A DNA stretch of 64,000 bases from a virus (IMGVR_UViG_3300028603_000032:15785-79784), one strand, 5' to 3'. Counted from the first letter of the stretch, positions 28,550 to 37,450 are shown. Made by a program: numbers and translations. The notes: generated from the sequence alone by a model not told the origin.

Positions 28550-28610
28550 CCTCTCTATCCTCAGCTAACATAGCATTCCCATTGACGACAAGCAAGACTT
28601 GTCATACACT
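28550..28610. promoter_or_regulatory. Overlapping divergent sigma70 promoters with palindromic operator, plus motif B
   Basis: Plus: TTGACG(28582)-17-TACACT(28605). Minus: TTGCTT-17-TATGTT (28595 to 28567). Operator GACAAG-N5-CTTGTC at 28587-28603. Confidence 0.7.
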
Positions 28611-28616
28611 GCCAAC

Positions 28617-28814
28617 ATGGAAATTTGCAGTGGTGACATGGTACGACCCCCGGTAACGGTGCGACTTGACCCGCGTCTACTAGAGCGGGTGGAGCGCTTT
28701 ATGGCGAAGCAGAAAGTGCGGGTGAGCCGGACGGCCGTCTTCGAAGCTGCCCTGACGAAATTCCTCGACGAGCAAGAACCCGCCGACCAGAAGCCCAAGA
28801 GGAAGGGGAAGTGA
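28617..28814 (+). CDS. Ribbon-helix-helix (Arc/CopG-like) regulator; start 28617 (leaderless) or 28638
   Basis: VTVRLDPRLLERVERF...SRTAVFEAALTKFL RHH pattern. Confidence 0.75.
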   Translation: MEICSGDMVRPPVTVRLDPRLLERVERFMAKQKVRVSRTAVFEAALTKFLDEQEPADQKPKRKGK

Positions 28815-28996
28815 TGCCGAAGACATCACCAAGCGAAGATGACCTTCGACATGAACCAATAGGCCCGGTTCTTGATTTGTGGGAGGCTCTTGCGAAGGCG
28901 GGAGGCATGCCGCCGTTGGGGCCAGATCACGTCCGTGCCATCGTCGTGGCCTTCTGGCGCGTGAAGCAGGAAGAGCGCCGGCAGCGGAATGACTGA
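28811..28996 (+). CDS. Hypothetical protein
   Basis: GTGA/ATG coupling to RHH gene. Confidence 0.5.
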   Translation: MMPKTSPSEDDLRHEPIGPVLDLWEALAKAGGMPPLGPDHVRAIVVAFWRVKQEERRQRND

Positions 28997-29005
28997 GGAG
29001 GCAGC

Positions 29006-29215
29006 ATGCGCAGGACGATGGGCGATACTTGGTGGTCTGAGTTGCGGTGGCGTGTAGCGCTTCAGTTTCTGCTGTGGGGGACGAAGATCGCCCCTGCCGG
29101 AGACGCCCGCGGTTATCTGATTGATCTCCATTTGCGGTGGATCGAGGAGTGCAAAAAGCAGTGGCGGATGCGCTACCCCCAATCCGATAGCCGCCAGCGG
29201 AAGCAACAGGAGTGA
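29006..29215 (+). CDS. Hypothetical protein
   Basis: RBS GGAGG. Confidence 0.5.
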   Translation: MRRTMGDTWWSELRWRVALQFLLWGTKIAPAGDARGYLIDLHLRWIEECKKQWRMRYPQSDSRQRKQQE

Positions 29216-29516
29216 GGAGGAAGGAGATGCGCGAGTGGGCCGTGATTTGTCTAAATGGAACGTCAACGACGGAGTTGATTGTCACTGTGTTCGCGTGCTC
29301 GTCCGGTAGCGCGTTCTGGAAATGCAGGCGCGCGGGGTTCCAGCCACTGGGACTGATCCCTGGCCCGGCGATATTCATCTAAGGAGGCATGTGGCGGGGG
29401 CTGTGACACGGTGACAAATCTGCCTGCCGTAGCACGTGGAAATCCACGGAGCGCTTTGCGGGGTTCAAGGCAGGCCCCGCCAGCCCCCTCCAGATGCTTC
29501 AGGAAAGGAGCCACCA

Positions 29517-29651
29517 GTGGACCCAATTGTTGTCCCGATCCCGATCCGTCCTGATCTGGTCGTGAAGGTGCAGATGCCCATTGACATCTCGCGCCAAGAA
29601 GCAGAGCGCGTTGCGCGTGTCGTGGCGGCGTTGGCCGGGGTCAAGAGATAG
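29517..29651 (+). CDS. Small hypothetical protein
   Basis: RBS AAGGAG plus GTG. Confidence 0.45.
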   Translation: MDPIVVPIPIRPDLVVKVQMPIDISRQEAERVARVVAALAGVKR

Positions 29652-29715
29652 GAACGAGGGATGAACTTTCACGAGTTCCGCCACGAGATGAAGAACCCTA
29701 ACACCTGATTCATAC

Positions 29716-30111
29716 ATGGAGCGCAAGATGGGCGATGGACGGGGCATCTACATAGCAAGCAAAACTAAACACGCAGACCGCTGGCGATTTCTTCGCGATA
29801 AGGTGGGAGAGCCGATTATCTCCACCTGGATTGACGAGGCAGGGCCGGGTGAGAGCGCGGACCTAGATGATCTCTGGAGCCGCTGCATCTCTGAGGCGTC
29901 ATCGTGCCAAGTGCTGATCGTCTACCGGGAGCGCGATGAGATCCTGAAGGGTGCGTGGGTTGAGGTTGGCGCGGCGCTCGCATCCGGCATTCCTGTTTAT
30001 GCCATTGGGCTGGACGAGTTCTCGCTCGCGAAGCACAAGCGACTGACCCACTTCAGGGACATGGCCGAGGCGATCGGGGCCGCGCGGTCATTGCGAAAAG
30101 CTGCGGCGTGA
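29716..30111 (+). CDS. Nucleoside 2-deoxyribosyltransferase-like protein
   Basis: IYIAS...IISTWID...LWSRCISE...LKGAWVEVGAALASGIPVY, with the family catalytic Glu motif. Confidence 0.65.
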   Translation: MERKMGDGRGIYIASKTKHADRWRFLRDKVGEPIISTWIDEAGPGESADLDDLWSRCISEASSCQVLIVYRERDEILKGAWVEVGAALASGIPVYAIGLDEFSLAKHKRLTHFRDMAEAIGAARSLRKAAA

Positions 30112-30206
30112 GTCTCAGGAATGGAGCGAGGGATGCACGACGTGATGCGATACGCACGGCGCCTCCGGGATGAGGCCCGCGCCGCCCTGAGCCAGGAGGA
30201 GAAGCC

Positions 30207-30392
30207 GTGATCGATGTCATCATTCGTTTACTCGGTTTAGCGGTATCGTTGGCCGGGAGCGTGATAGTCCTCGCGATGTCCATTGGCGGCTACGAGCCGG
30301 ACATGAGAATAGTCGCGTACATGGCAGCCGTTGCCATGATCCTGGGTGGCGGCGCACGGGCGCGTGTCAGGAGCCAGGAGGAGAAGCCGTGA
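30207..30392 (+). CDS. Small two-TM membrane protein
   Basis: RBS GGAGGAG; hydrophobic. Confidence 0.55.
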   Translation: MIDVIIRLLGLAVSLAGSVIVLAMSIGGYEPDMRIVAYMAAVAMILGGGARARVRSQEEKP

Positions 30393-30724
30393 GTGATGAT
30401 AAAATGACACAGCAGGATCTCGCGTCGATATTCGGGGAAGAAATCCCCATGGAGGCGGTGCAACTCCTTTTCAGTGCGCCGGATCACATGCCAGTTCCGG
30501 TTCTGAGGGAAAAGCTCAATGATCTTGCCCGCAAGTACAAGAGGGCACCAAACGAGATCGAGGTCGTCTACGGCTACTTGCTGAATCGCTACATCAAGGC
30601 AGTTCGGGATGGCGACAAGGAACTCTCAGAGGAGATATTCGCTGCCACTCGCACCTACCAGAAAATCTGGCCAGAGGATACGGCGCGGTGGGAAGCGCGG
30701 ATGGACGCGAAAAAGGGGCAGTAG
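30389..30724 (+). CDS. Hypothetical protein
   Basis: GTGA overlap, RBS GGAGGAG. Confidence 0.55.
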   Translation: MSDDKMTQQDLASIFGEEIPMEAVQLLFSAPDHMPVPVLREKLNDLARKYKRAPNEIEVVYGYLLNRYIKAVRDGDKELSEEIFAATRTYQKIWPEDTARWEARMDAKKGQ

Positions 30725-30873
30725 CAGAGGCAAGGCGGGTGAGCCCACAGATTACCGGGTGAAGGTACCAGCAAGGGGGTTTAAGCGGCACGACCATGGA
30801 CCCAAGATCGCCCAGCAAGGATCTAGCCAGCCGTGGTTCCGAGCCCCCACACACAGATAGAGGGAGAGAAGAC

Positions 30874-31092
30874 GTGAGCCAGTTGCTGACGACACCGTGT
30901 CCGTACTGCGGACGCCAGCCTGACGTAGACAAATGCGAGCCGTGGCCGAAGGATGCGGGGCCTCAGCCTTGGTATGCCCACTGCTACGTGAGCGGCAGCC
31001 GAGAGCACTTCATTGGCGTGAATGGCGACACCCGAGCTGACGCATTGAAGAATTGGGAGATCGAGGTGCGTGACCATAGGGCGGTTCGATAA
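30874..31092 (+). CDS. Lar-like (restriction alleviation) Zn-finger protein
   Basis: LLTTPCPYCG N-terminus and ALKNW C-terminus typical of the Lar family. Confidence 0.45.
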   Translation: MSQLLTTPCPYCGRQPDVDKCEPWPKDAGPQPWYAHCYVSGSREHFIGVNGDTRADALKNWEIEVRDHRAVR

Positions 31093-31456
31093 AAGGAGCG
31101 AGACCACTGACTGACGAGAAGGGCAGCGGCGTGGAAGGACACGCGGGCGGTCTGGGAAGGGAATCGCCTCTAGCCAAGGCTATCCTACCGCGCCTGGGCG
31201 AGCCAACAGCTCGGTGGCCCCGTGAGGCGAAGTCAAGCCGGTATCAAGCCCGGCCTGCCCTTCTGGTCAGTCACTACCGCCCAGGTCTGAGGCTATCTCA
31301 GGCGATGCAACGGGGGATATGGGTTGCACTCAGTCGCGGCCGGCGGCCCCCAACTTCGTCAGAAGCAGGATCACCTCGGCCTCGCTGCTAAACGCTCCCT
31401 ATAGCTACACCAGGTGGCAGGGGCGTAAGTAAAGGCAGGAACTAAGGACCAGAGCT

Positions 31457-31909
31457 ATGCACGCCATCTGTCTCAAGGAAAGCAAATCGGTCCCCGTGAA
31501 GTACCTGCGCGCCCGTTGCGGTGTACGCTATTGGGAGGACGGCACCGTGAACGGCGAGGAGGACGCGGATGGATCACGCATCCCGTGCCGTGAGGGAACG
31601 GCCGCCGATAATGACCATTTCGGCGGCGGCAACTGGCGCCCCGTGATCGATCTTGACACTGGTAAGATCGAAGGATGGCCGGAGGGCACGATCGCCAGCA
31701 TCCACTATAAGGTTTGCGATGATGGCGACTACGAGTTGCTGGACGAGGAGCGCAATGTCGTGAAGGCGATTGATGGGTATGTGCCGTCAATCATGTGCCC
31801 CGAGGGTCAAGGGCATGGTGATTACGTGATCATGGAGATCGCGGCAGACGGCACGATCGCCAACTGGCGCGCCGATCTGTCAGATTTTGAGGAATACACA
31901 TGCACCTGA
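31457..31909 (+). CDS. Conserved hypothetical phage protein
   Basis: [11 protein letters not shown]...[15 protein letters not shown]...HYKVCDDG.Y...GDYVIMEI motif. Confidence 0.65.
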   Translation: MHAICLKESKSVPVKYLRARCGVRYWEDGTVNGEEDADGSRIPCREGTAADNDHFGGGNWRPVIDLDTGKIEGWPEGTIASIHYKVCDDGDYELLDEERNVVKAIDGYVPSIMCPEGQGHGDYVIMEIAADGTIANWRADLSDFEEYTCT

Positions 31910-32148
31910 CCTGCGGCACCCGCCTCTCCTCCGACCGCGCCTGCAAGATGATAGCGAACTGGTGCGGGGTAGAGGGGGACATTCCTCAGTCTGAGGCCAT
32001 TGCTGCTGTTCGTCGTGTCCCGAGCGACTTCGAGGCGGCCAAGGCGGGTGGGTTCGTGACCGAGGGTTGCGACGAGCGCGACTTCCGGGTTGCGCTTGCA
32101 TTCCTTCGCAAGACCGCCTTCGATCCAGGTGGGATCAGGAGCGCCTAG
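31900..32148 (+). CDS. Hypothetical protein
   Basis: Overlaps the upstream gene; RBS GAGG. Confidence 0.45.
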   Translation: MHLTCGTRLSSDRACKMIANWCGVEGDIPQSEAIAAVRRVPSDFEAAKAGGFVTEGCDERDFRVALAFLRKTAFDPGGIRSA

Positions 32149-32413
32149 AGCGGCAAGCCTCGTAGACCTCCCGCACCCGATCCGCAGCTTGCTGCTTCGT
32201 CGCCTCCCGCCCGTAGGTTGTCACATCGAGACCCCAACCGATTCTGCCGTACATGCTCCACTGCCACTCACCCGCTGCAGGGCCGTGTTCGACCCTTGTA
32301 ATCCTTCCGACAGGTGTATCACCATCCTTTGCGCAGTAGTCGTAAGGGGCAGTCTCGCCTCCGATGACGGTGTGGGCCCAGGTGATGGTGTGACGATCTC
32401 TCGTGTTGCTCAT
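32135..32413 (-). CDS. Hypothetical protein
   Basis: ORF convergent on the rightward accessory genes. Confidence 0.5.
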   Translation of the reverse strand: MSNTRDRHTITWAHTVIGGETAPYDYCAKDGDTPVGRITRVEHGPAAGEWQWSMYGRIGWGLDVTTYGREATKQQAADRVREVYEACRSRRS

Positions 32414-32448
32414 GGAACGTCAACAGGCATCATGAACATGTCCCGAAC

Positions 32449-32702
32449 GCGCTCCGGGACCATTCCGGGACAACCTTGCCCGTGGTGTCCGTTTGTTCTC
32501 CCAATGTCCATTTGCAAAGCACGTTGGAACTGCTAAAAAGCCCATGGTTTCCGGCCTTCGCGGGCGTAGTTCAGTGGTAGAACGTCAGCTTCCCAAGCTG
32601 TCAGCTACGAAAGCGACCTGACTACGCAACCATCTGAAATTACTCTATAATATCCTGATTTCGCGGTATCAAAAAACCTGCGCTCCGGGATCATTCCGGG
32701 AC
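32449..32702. other. attP region: 5' half of tRNA-Gly(CCC) at 32560-32600 flanked by direct repeats (putative integrase arm sites)
   Basis: GCGGGCGTAGTTCAGTGGTAGAACGTCAGCTTCCCAAGCTG then diverges; GCGCTCCGGGA(C/T)CATTCCGGGAC at 32449-32471 and 32680-32702; adjacent to the integrase stop; phage genes on both sides. Confidence 0.8.
32560..32600 (+). pseudogene. tRNA-Gly(CCC) 5' fragment (att core)
   Basis: Acceptor 5' strand, D arm and anticodon arm present; no T arm or 3' acceptor strand. Confidence 0.8.
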
Positions 32703-32706
32703 TCCG

Positions 32707-33945
32707 TTACCCGACCTTCTTGCTCGGTAGCCTGCTAACATTCGGTGGAAGCGTTTTCGTGACCTGGACGTTGGCGCGCATCTGGGTCGTTTCGCTCTGC
32801 AACACGTGGGCGTAGCGGAGTGTCGATTTCAGGTCGGAGTGATCCATCGCATGCATGAGGCGTTTCAGGTTGCCATCGGCCCTCAGTGCGCGTGACCCGA
32901 ACGTGTGGCGGAAGTCGTGCAGGCGGAAGTCCTTGATGCCCGCCTCGATGATCGCCCGCTTCACGTTGTCGTAGAGCATCTGCTTCGTGATCGGGATGCG
33001 CTTGCCCTTGTCGCTGGGACGCTGCGAGCGGGCCGTGAACAGGTACGGGCAGTCAGGCGCTTCATCCCATGCCGCGTTGACGATCTCCAGTTCGCGCTCC
33101 GTCAGCGTCACCCAATGCCACTCCTCGCGCCGCTTCTTGAGCTTGCGCATGTAGACCCGGCCGCCAACGCGGTCGATCCTCTCCTTCGGCAGGTGGAGCC
33201 AGAGCGACTGGCGCTTGCCCGAGATGATGTACATCTCGGAGATAAGATGATAGTCCTCGGGCAGCTTCTGCCAGAACCGCAGCTCCTCCTCGATCGACAG
33301 CTCCCGGATGCGCTCGGCCGGCTCTTCCAACTTGATGCCGTCGCGGCCGCCCCACTGGAACTGCTCCAGATCCACCGGGATGCCCCAATGCTTGCGGGCT
33401 CGCCGCATGACGCGGCGCAATGGCTCTACAACTTGCCTGTTGACGGTTGCGGGTGATGGAAGCCTTCCAGTCGGGATCGGCAACACCTCGCCGTTGATCT
33501 TGCGCCACTGGACCGTCTCGGTCGAGGCGCGCCGGCTCACGGCCTTAGCTACGTCATCGGGTGAGATGGATACGATCGGCGTCTCTTCGCCGTAGTAGGT
33601 CAGGAGCTCCATCATGCAGTGCTCCTGCTGGCGTCGGGCGTGGCGCTTGGCGGCGATCTCGGGGGAATCTACGGTATCGGCTACTTTCGGCGGAACCTTT
33701 GGCGCAACCTCGTCGATATACCGCTGGGTGGCTTGCGCCAGCGTCATCAGCGTTCCTAGCTTGCCGAGCGCGGCTAGCTCGCGAAGCCTTGCCTCAACGC
33801 GGCGAGCTGCCTTTTCCGTTGTCTGGCCCGTGCTACCAAAGAACCGCTCTGATTTTGACTTGCCCGCAGGCTTGAGACGGAAGTCGAAGTGGTAGAACGC
33901 CGTCTTTGGTTTACCGTCTTTCCCCTTGGGTTGATAGACTGACAT
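32707..33945 (-). CDS. int: Tyrosine recombinase / phage integrase
   Basis: SGKR(R), FRLHDFRHTFGS (HxxR), MDHSDLKSTLRY (H, Y); N-terminal arm-binding domain. Confidence 0.92.
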   Translation of the reverse strand: MSVYQPKGKDGKPKTAFYHFDFRLKPAGKSKSERFFGSTGQTTEKAARRVEARLRELAALGKLGTLMTLAQATQRYIDEVAPKVPPKVADTVDSPEIAAKRHARRQQEHCMMELLTYYGEETPIVSISPDDVAKAVSRRASTETVQWRKINGEVLPIPTGRLPSPATVNRQVVEPLRRVMRRARKHWGIPVDLEQFQWGGRDGIKLEEPAERIRELSIEEELRFWQKLPEDYHLISEMYIISGKRQSLWLHLPKERIDRVGGRVYMRKLKKRREEWHWVTLTERELEIVNAAWDEAPDCPYLFTARSQRPSDKGKRIPITKQMLYDNVKRAIIEAGIKDFRLHDFRHTFGSRALRADGNLKRLMHAMDHSDLKSTLRYAHVLQSETTQMRANVQVTKTLPPNVSRLPSKKVG

Positions 33946-34178
33946 TGGTAGACCTCACGCAGGTAGTCTTCGACGTGCTCGCGCGCGAACAGACGGTGCC
34001 GGGTTTTCTTGAGCCGACAGATGATCTTTCCATCGTTGGCGAGACGCTGCAAGGTTTTGGCCGAGATGGCGAGCGCGGCGGCAACCTTCGACGTGGGTTG
34101 CAGTGGCCCATCCGCGAACACCTTATCGAGCTCGCGGAGGACGCTTTCTGGAATGGAACCGGCCAGGTTCTCACCCAT
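33774..34178 (-). CDS. Excisionase-like HTH protein overlapping int start
   Basis: KVAAALAISAKTLQRLANDGKI...RLFAREHVEDYL MerR/HTH_17 pattern. Confidence 0.7.
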   Translation of the reverse strand: MGENLAGSIPESVLRELDKVFADGPLQPTSKVAAALAISAKTLQRLANDGKIICRLKKTRHRLFAREHVEDYLREVYQCQSINPRGKTVNQRRRSTTSTSVSSLRASQNQSGSLVARARQRKRQLAALRQGFAS

Positions 34179-34204
34179 CTTTCCCCTCCACATACCTGAT
34201 GGCC

Positions 34205-34441
34205 CTATCTCAATGCGTATGCGAGGCCGCCCCAAAGGAGTCCCAGATAGGCAGCCAACCCAACCTGATCAGGAGGTATTCCGTAGCCAAAAAGGTACAT
34301 TCCAAGTACGAATGCAGATACCATGCTGGCGGAAAGCGCTACCAATCGGATAAGTCCATCAACGAAGCGATCCATCTTCTCTCTCCAAGATTCCCACAGT
34401 CCGGGTAGCTCCTGCAGTGATCTGCCATGTGCGATCGACAA
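34205..34441 (-). CDS. Two-TM membrane protein
   Basis: Hydrophobic C-terminal half. Confidence 0.45.
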   Translation of the reverse strand: MSIAHGRSLQELPGLWESWREKMDRFVDGLIRLVALSASMVSAFVLGMYLFGYGIPPDQVGLAAYLGLLWGGLAYALR

Positions 34442-34447
34442 AGGCGG

Positions 34448-34819
34448 TCATTTGTTTGCAAGCTCCAGAAGAACGTCGGCGTGGCACGACTCATCAAGCC
34501 CACACCAGCAGGCCACGTCCTTTCCGCGCAGTTCTTTCTGGGCCGCCTCGATGAGATCGGGTTGATCCTTGATCCATGCCTTGTAGAGAGACATCGCCTC
34601 GCGGTTATCCTTGACCGGCGTGAATGGCCCTTCGATCTCGGCTCTTCCTGGCTCGGCCCAGCCATAAATCTCGCCGACGATGAATGGGTTTCCCCATTTC
34701 GTTGTGCGATCGACGCATACGGCCCCGGCCGGCATCCGCCAGCCTTTCGTCCGTTTCCTCTGAATCCGCTTCGGTGTGGTGCGCTCTAGTACACGGAGGG
34801 CGGTGGTGCTATCGCTCAT
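34448..34819 (-). CDS. DUF4326-like protein
   Basis: RIQRKRTKGWRMP...VDRTTKWGNPF...LRGKDVACWC...CHADVLLELAN. Confidence 0.8.
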   Translation of the reverse strand: MSDSTTALRVLERTTPKRIQRKRTKGWRMPAGAVCVDRTTKWGNPFIVGEIYGWAEPGRAEIEGPFTPVKDNREAMSLYKAWIKDQPDLIEAAQKELRGKDVACWCGLDESCHADVLLELANK

Positions 34820-35633
34820 TGGGGGCCTCCTGCACGAGTATCAATTGCTCTGGCTTTGTCTCAGGTGGGGAGACGAAGAAATCAGGCTGCCGGTATGCTT
34901 CCTCGATCCTTCGACACGCAATGTCGAAGTAGCGTTCTTCGATCTCGATCCCTATGAACCGGCGGCCGAGCTTGACGCAGGCAACGCCAGTGGTGCCGGA
35001 GCCCATGAAGGGATCGAGGATGGTTTCGGCGTCAGCGACACTCTCGATAGCGGCCAGAGGCAAACTGACCGGAAACGGGGCCGGATGGCCGGTTCGATTA
35101 AACTCAGGCGGAAACCGCCACACATCGCCGCGACCAGAAGAGGAATGATCGCACAGCGCGAACTCCGGCTTCGCAAACAGCATCACCCATTCTTGCCGCG
35201 TACAGAACGCCCGCAGATTCACGTCGATACCGGTTCCGCGATCCCAAATGATGATTTGGCGTAGCGGTATTCCATAGTCGAACGACAGTGGGACGCGTAT
35301 CTTCCCGTGTTCCACGCGAGGCCGATGGTTGTAGAAAACCGCAAGACGCGAAAACTTATACATCAGGCGCAGGCAATCCCGCTGCCATGCGTCGTATTCT
35401 TCTTGCGGCAACGCGTCGGAGTGGATGCCGTATCCATCGCGAAAGCGACCACCCTTGTTCCTTGCGCCAGGGCGATACATACCCCGCCCATTGCCGCCCG
35501 GCACCAATCCCATGTTGTACGGGGGGCTTGTAAAGGTAACGTCCACATCACTCAGCAGCGGCAGGATTTTCATGCAATCCCCTAACCACAGCTCGCAGTT
35601 TCCTATGACTTCCTTACGGAAGCTCTCACTCAT
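34809..35633 (-). CDS. Orphan N4-C/N6-A DNA methyltransferase (beta class)
   Basis: LWLGDC, TSPPY motif IV, HPAPFP, DPFMGSGTTG motif I. Confidence 0.9.
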   Translation of the reverse strand: MSESFRKEVIGNCELWLGDCMKILPLLSDVDVTFTSPPYNMGLVPGGNGRGMYRPGARNKGGRFRDGYGIHSDALPQEEYDAWQRDCLRLMYKFSRLAVFYNHRPRVEHGKIRVPLSFDYGIPLRQIIIWDRGTGIDVNLRAFCTRQEWVMLFAKPEFALCDHSSSGRGDVWRFPPEFNRTGHPAPFPVSLPLAAIESVADAETILDPFMGSGTTGVACVKLGRRFIGIEIEERYFDIACRRIEEAYRQPDFFVSPPETKPEQLILVQEAPNER

Positions 35634-35838
35634 TGGGGGCCTCCGTAGTGTGGAAATACACACCTATTGCCTGATAGAGATTGGCACCGTTTTCTTGCAG
35701 TTCATCGAGAGCTTCGAGAAGATCCTTGTGAGCCGCAATAGCCGGGTGATCGACCAACAGCTCTTCGATCATGACGTTGATCGTGTGAGCGCGATCCAGC
35801 GCTTCGTGGTAATGACCGATGTTGGGTGTCTCACTCAT
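35626..35838 (-). CDS. Hypothetical protein, 70 aa
   Basis: Start MSETPNIG with RBS GAGG; overlaps both neighbours. Confidence 0.55.
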   Translation of the reverse strand: MSETPNIGHYHEALDRAHTINVMIEELLVDHPAIAAHKDLLEALDELQENGANLYQAIGVYFHTTEAPNE

Positions 35839-36322
35839 TGGGGGCCTCAGTAGGAATTTCCGGCAGATGCTCTGTCCAGCGCCATTTAGGCTGCTCGTAG
35901 ATGTCCCGCTCTTCACGCTCTCGGCTGGGGCGGTCCCATTGCTGTGGCTCGACTTCTGCTGATGGCTCATGAATACCGGCGCCCCGAAGACTGGCACCGC
36001 TCTCGCGCTTGAGGGTGTAGGTGTGCAGCGTCGTGCCACCCATCTGCTGCCAAATGCGGCGACAGCGGGCATAGAGCTTGGATGCGGCACCCTTCGGCGC
36101 CGCCGGCGACGTGCACAGCCGCAGCACCTCTGCAGCGCCTGGCACCTGCAGGAGACGCGCCACCGGACGCCCGACGATCGCCACTCCGACGAGCTGGCCG
36201 TTGTGTTCCATGCCAATCGCGAATTTACCTCCGTCATTCGACGTGCGAGACGAGTGACGGTGCCACTGCTCGACAAAATCATTCGCCTCTCGGAGTGTTA
36301 GTGGCACGATCCGCTTACTCAT
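35831..36322 (-). CDS. XF1762-family protein (GNAT-like)
   Basis: PLTLREANDFVEQWHRH...LVGVAIVGRPVARLL...EVLRLC...YTLKRESGASLRGAG. Confidence 0.7.
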   Translation of the reverse strand: MSKRIVPLTLREANDFVEQWHRHSSRTSNDGGKFAIGMEHNGQLVGVAIVGRPVARLLQVPGAAEVLRLCTSPAAPKGAASKLYARCRRIWQQMGGTTLHTYTLKRESGASLRGAGIHEPSAEVEPQQWDRPSREREERDIYEQPKWRWTEHLPEIPTEAPNE

Positions 36323-37019
36323 CGCGTCCCTCCGTAGGAGCGGCGGGAAGGGGCTGCCATTTGGTTGGCTCCTTCTCTCTTGCCCATATCTTGCCCTGCC
36401 AAGCGGCGTCTGTTCCGTCCCAATACGGACGTGGGTTCTTGGTGTATTTGTCCTCATTCCATCGGCCGATGGCGACTCTGCCGTTGCGTAGAATAAGGAT
36501 TTCAGTTCCGTCTTTTGGTGCTGTCGAAATGTCCTGCCATCCATTAGGAGTGGCGGGAGCAGCAAGTTGCCTGATATGTCCGACGCGGATGCGGAACGAT
36601 GGAGAACCCGAGCTTTCGTTAATTCGGCCAAGTACGTAATCGTCTGGAAGCGTTTCTCCGAGATCTTGCTCACATGCCTCAAGAGCGCACATGGCGGCCT
36701 TGATCCACAATGGGGCCATTTGCACAGGAGCGGCGGGAGCAGCGGAGATCATGACGCGGTAGATGTCTGTTTCAGTTGCGGCGAACACTAAGCCGCTACC
36801 GCAATCGCTTACTGTGCTCTGCGCACCGCTTCCGGCTCGCACCATTTCTGGGGTCGGCTCTTTCGGCACCGTAACCCACCCTTCAGGTGCAGGAGCGGGC
36901 GGGGTGGCGCCGAGCACGTAAGAAAGGATTGCGCGGGCCTGCTCGTCGCTTATCGCGAGACCGTGGCATTCGCCATCGATTGCGTCTTTCAGATCTGCAA
37001 TTTGCTTTGCGTTGATCAT
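36315..37019 (-). CDS. Hypothetical protein with C-terminal DUF551-like domain
   Basis: GWVTVPKEPTPEM; WQDISTAPKDGTEIL...PTKWQPLPAAP. Confidence 0.65.
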   Translation of the reverse strand: MINAKQIADLKDAIDGECHGLAISDEQARAILSYVLGATPPAPAPEGWVTVPKEPTPEMVRAGSGAQSTVSDCGSGLVFAATETDIYRVMISAAPAAPVQMAPLWIKAAMCALEACEQDLGETLPDDYVLGRINESSGSPSFRIRVGHIRQLAAPATPNGWQDISTAPKDGTEILILRNGRVAIGRWNEDKYTKNPRPYWDGTDAAWQGKIWAREKEPTKWQPLPAAPTEGRDE

Positions 37020-37447
37020 TTCAACCCCCTGTGCGCCATTAGGACGGCGATCATCCGTGGCAGGTCTCCGGTGTTCGCCCAAAGTGCAGCGGCGAGTTCG
37101 TGAGGATCTTCGATGCCGTGCTCTCTGAACCATGCGAGTTCATTGCGTGAGCCGATGCGCTCGATCTCGTCATGCACTGATCTGCAGACAGGCACTGCCC
37201 AGCGATCCGTCGAGCGAAGCCCCATGCCTCGTTCGCCGGTTCCGGCCTTCAAGTGATGCGCCTCACCGGCCGGCACCCGTAACGTCACGCAGCAGGGCAT
37301 TTTTCTGATGAGGGAAAGGTGCGCCTCGCTCATGCCGGGGCGCTTGTCGGCGGCGCGTTCTTTCTTCTTCATCCGCTCGCGGCGAGGCGGCTTGAAATTG
37401 CCGTAAACCCTCTCTTTGCGAAGCTCCTGCGGCCAGTCGCTAGACAT
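37016..37447 (-). CDS. DUF968 / Ref-like HNH-type nuclease
   Basis: HLSLIRKMPCC...EAHHL...DRWAVPVCRSVHDEIE. Confidence 0.65.
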   Translation of the reverse strand: MSSDWPQELRKERVYGNFKPPRRERMKKKERAADKRPGMSEAHLSLIRKMPCCVTLRVPAGEAHHLKAGTGERGMGLRSTDRWAVPVCRSVHDEIERIGSRNELAWFREHGIEDPHELAAALWANTGDLPRMIAVLMAHRGLK

Positions 37448-37450
37448 CTC

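Noticed and set aside
32560-32600. Functional tRNA-Gly gene
   Set aside because: Lacks T arm and 3' acceptor strand; it is an att-site fragment
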